64,000 nt of DNA from the human T2T-CHM13v2.0 reference genome, Homo sapiens, in NCBI GenBank assembly GCA_009914755.4, contig CP068257.2, positions 1,248,001 through 1,312,000 on the forward strand, given 5' to 3'. Below, piece by piece: positions 60,931 to 64,000 of this stretch (positions within the stretch are counted from its first letter, which is position 1; every line of letters starts with the position of its first letter). The notes beneath the pieces were generated by a model, which had not been told where the DNA came from, searched no databases, and saw nothing but the letters and a program-made list of their open reading frames with translations. Position numbers and translations under genes: made by a program.

Positions 60931-63900
60931 GTACCCAAACTATACATTATATACTGTACATAAAATATGAAATTACATCAAATATATATTATATTAGGTA
61001 CATAAAATATGAAAGTACATCAAATATAGATTATATACTGTACATAAAATACCAAAGTACCCCAAATATATATTATATACTCTACATGAAATATCAAATT
61101 TCACAAACTATATATTATATACTGTACATAAAATATCAAAGTACCCAAGGTATATATTCTATACTGTACAAAAAATATCAAAGTATCCAAACATGTATTA
61201 TATACTGTATATAAAATATGAAAGTACATTAAATATATATTTTATTCTGTACATAAAATATCAAAGTACACCAGATATATATTCTATAGTGTACATAAAA
61301 TAACAAAGTACACAAACTATAAATTATATACTGTACATAAAATATGAAATTTCATCAAATATATATTAGGTACATAAAATATGACAGTACATCAAATATA
61401 GATTATATACTGTACATAAAATATCAATGTACCCCAAATATATATTTTATACTCTACATGAAATATCAAAGTTCACAAACCATATATTATATACTGTACA
61501 TAAAATATCAAAGTACCCAAGGTATATATTCTATACTATACAAAAAATATCAAAGTACCCAAAGCATGTATTATATACTGTACATAAAATATGAAAGTAC
61601 ATCAAATATATATTTTATTCTGTACACAAAATATCAAAGTACACCACATATATATTCTATAGTGTACATAAAATATCAAAGTACCCAAACTATACATTAT
61701 ACACTGTACATAAAATATGAGATTACATCAAATATATATTATATTAGGTACATAAAATATGAAAGTACATCTGATATAGATTATATACTGTACATAAAAT
61801 ATCAAAGTACCCCAAATATATATTATATACTCTACATGAAATATCAAAGTTCACAAACTATATATTATATACTGTACATAAAATATCAAAGTACCCAAGG
61901 TATATATTCTATACTGTACAAAAAATATCAAAGTACCCAAAGCATGTATTATATGCTGTACATAAAATATGAAAGTACATCAAATATATATTTTATTCTG
62001 TACATAAAATATCAAAGTACACCAGATATATATTCTATAGTGTACATAAAATAACAAAGTACACAAACTATAAATTATATACTGTACATAAAATATGACA
62101 TTACATCAAATATATATTAGGTACATAAAATATGAAAGCACATCAAATATAGATTATATACTGTACATTAAATACCAAAGTAACACAAATATATATTTTA
62201 TACTGTACATCAAATATCAAAGTTCACAAGCTATATATTATATACTGTACATAAAATATCAAAGTACCCAAGGTATATATTCTATACTGTACAAAAAATA
62301 TCAAAGTACCCAAAGCATGTATTATATACTGTACATAAAATATGAAAGTACATCAAATATATATTTTATTCTGTACATAAAATATCAAAGTACACCAGAT
62401 ATATATTCTATAGTGTACATATAATAACAAAGTACACAAACTATAAATTATATACTGTACATAAAATATGAAATTACATCAAATATATATTAGGTACATA
62501 AAATATGAAAGTACATCAAATATAGATTATATACTGTACATAAAATATCAAAGTACCCCAAATATATATTTTATACTCTACATGAAATATCAAAGTTCAC
62601 AAACCATATATTATATACTGTACATAAAATATCAAAGTACCCAAGGTATATATTCTATACAGTACAAAAAATATCAAAGTACCCAAAGCATGTATTATAT
62701 ACTGTACATAAAATATGAAACTTCATCAAATATATATTTTATTCTGGACAAAAAATATCAAAGTACACCAGACATATTTTCTATAGTGTACATAAAATAT
62801 CAAAGTACCCAAAGCATGTATTATATACTGTACATAAAATATGAAATTACATCAAATATATATTTTATTCTGTACATAAAATATCAAAGTACACCAGATA
62901 TATATTCTATAGTGTACATAAAATATCAAAAGTACCCAAACTATACATTATATACTGTACATAAAATATGAAATTACATCAAATATATATTATATTAGGT
63001 ACATAAAATATGAAAGTACATCAAATATAGATTATATACTGTACATTAAATACCAAAGTACCCCAAATATATATTTTATACTGTACATGTAATATCAAAG
63101 TTCACACACTATATATTATATACTGTACATAAAATATCAAAGTACCAAAGGTATATATTCTATACTGTACAAAAAACATCAAAGTACCCAAAGCATGTAT
63201 TATATACTGTACATAAAATATGAAAGTACGTCAAATATATATTGTATTCTGTACGTAAAATATCAAAGTACACCAGATATATATTCTATAGTGTATATAA
63301 AATATCAAAGTACCCAAACTATATATTATATACTGTACATAAAATATGAAATTACATCAAATATATATTATATTAGGTACATAAAATATGAAAGTACATC
63401 AAATATAGATTATATACTGTACATAAAATATCAAAGTACCCCAAAGATATATTATATACTCTACATGAAATATCAAAGTTCACAAACTATATATTATATA
63501 CTGTACATAAAATATCAAAGTACCCAAGGTATATATTCTATACTGTACAAAAAATATCAAAGTACCCAAAGCATGTTTTATATACTGTATATAAAATATG
63601 AAAGTACATCAAATATATATTTTATTCTGTACATAAAATATCAAAGTACACCAGATATATATTCTATAGTGTACATAAAATAACAAAGTACACAAACTAT
63701 AAATTATATACTGTACGTAAAATATGAAATTACATCAAATATATATTAGGTACATAAAATATGAAAGTACATCAAAAATAGATTATATACTGTACATATA
63801 ATATCAATGTACCCCAAATATATATTTTATACTCTACATGAAATATCAAAGTTCAGAAACCATATATTATACACTGTACATAAAATATCAAAGTACCCAA

Positions 63901-64000
63901 GGTATATATTCTATACTGTACAAAAAATATCAAAGTACCCAAAGCATGTATTATATACTGTACATAAAATATGAAAGCACATCAAATATATATTTTATTC

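Larger units (their letters stand above)
1..64000 (+). repeat. AT-rich tandem satellite array with ~42-bp monomers, all head-to-tail in one orientation, organised in 9-monomer higher-order repeats of 373-378 bp. It is uninterrupted and extends past both window edges.
   Basis: Every 60-nt line is a variant of ctgtacataaaatat(c/g)aaagtacNNNaaNNtatNNattatata. The ORF-track translation shows a strict 14-aa (42-nt) period (…YILYIKYQSTQ…) throughout. The same 9-monomer order recurs every 373-378 nt. I found no GC-rich or unique stretch on scanning. Confidence 0.96.
21100..64000 (+). repeat. Satellite domain II, a homogenised subfamily. The F monomer reads …gtacaccagatatatattctata (peptide STPDIYSIVYIK). 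A G variant cataaaataacaaagtacacaaactataaattatata carries an in-frame TAA. 373-bp HORs are frequent. The domain is a mosaic of near-identical kb-scale blocks.
   Basis: The first caccagat appears at about 21315; the last canonical caccaaat F monomer is at about 20933. An F/A fusion monomer at ~40321 still reads caccaaat. The stop-bearing G variant first appears at about 21715. ORF-track peptides switch from STPN… to STPD… at 21131 onward. Confidence 0.7.

Noticed and set aside
451-63683. The ~150 + strand ORFs in the supplied track (up to 415 aa), which translate to Y/I/K/Q/S/T-rich 14-aa periodic peptides.
   Set aside because: They are a by-product of a 42-nt (14-codon) AT-rich repeat in which one frame happens to lack TAA, TAG or TGA. 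ORFs end exactly where the 5-bp-shorter H monomer shifts the frame, or where the G variant 'cataaaataacaaag' introduces TAA. Starts are just the first ATG (atgaaattacatc…) or an annotated GTG. The composition is low-complexity with no domain-like region. Neighbouring copies differ by indels that break the frame. I see no evidence of coding constraint.
1-64000. A CRISPR array, suggested by the regular ~42-bp direct repeats.
   Set aside because: There are no unique spacers between repeats. The repeats are contiguous and head-to-tail, form a 9-type HOR, and run uninterrupted for more than 64 kb with no cas genes or leader. This is satellite DNA.
1-64000. Transposon terminal inverted repeats or miniature TEs, suggested by the TGTACA / GTAC palindromes.
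   Set aside because: The palindromes occur once per 42-bp monomer at fixed phase throughout. There are no target-site duplications, no internal unique sequence and no orientation changes.
1-64000. Plasmid or phage iteron arrays, or a prokaryotic repetitive protein gene.
   Set aside because: A 64-kb pure, gene-free tandem array with HOR and super-HOR structure is far beyond iteron scale. The composition and structure fit eukaryotic heterochromatic satellite.
1-64000. Telomeric or simple-sequence microsatellite, or rRNA/tRNA genes.
   Set aside because: There is no TTAGGG-like or short-unit motif. The (TA)n runs are 10 bp or shorter and are part of the monomer. No GC-rich structured RNA-like segments exist anywhere in the window.

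Overview
The whole 64-kb window is one uninterrupted tandem satellite-DNA array in a single orientation. It is AT-rich: the consensus monomer is about 24% GC and strongly G-poor on the + strand (A20 T12 C8 G2 per 42-mer). I found no unique sequence, no transposon insertion, no RNA gene and no credible protein-coding gene.

The basic monomer is about 42 bp. Its first ~23 bp, (c/g)tgtacataaaatat(c/g)aaagtac, are conserved. Its last ~19 bp vary and define nine monomer types. These nine types recur in fixed order as a higher-order repeat (HOR). The HOR is 378 bp (9 x 42) or 373 bp; the shorter form has a 5-bp deletion in the 'H' monomer (atatattatattagg -> atatattagg).

The ORFs in the supplied track are artefacts. 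One + strand frame of the 14-codon monomer has no stop codon (it reads as a Y/I/K/Q/S/T low-complexity 'protein'). ORF ends coincide with the short-H frameshift or with a G-monomer variant carrying TAA.

Two satellite domains are visible. Domain I (1 to ~21.1 kb) is older and more diverged; its 'F' monomer reads caccaaat. Domain II (~21.1 to 64 kb) has F reading caccagat, a stop-bearing G variant ('ataacaaagtacacaaactataaatt') and many 373-bp HORs.

Domain II is a mosaic of very recent kb-scale duplications at about 99.5-100% identity. The largest is a tandem duplication of an ~11-kb block (26.4-37.4 kb vs 37.6-50.6 kb). Its second copy has gained about 2.1 kb. A 4989-bp unit is also tandemly repeated, marked by a 499-bp HOR variant that recurs at 47483, 52472, 57461 and 62468.

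Domain I holds older layered duplications with periods of 2590 bp, ~6.36 kb and ~8.3 kb.

This is most consistent with a eukaryotic (peri)centromeric or heterochromatic satellite. I cannot assign it to a known satellite family or to a taxon. Duplication coordinates are approximate; they were derived by reading the sequence and using ORF-track anchors.
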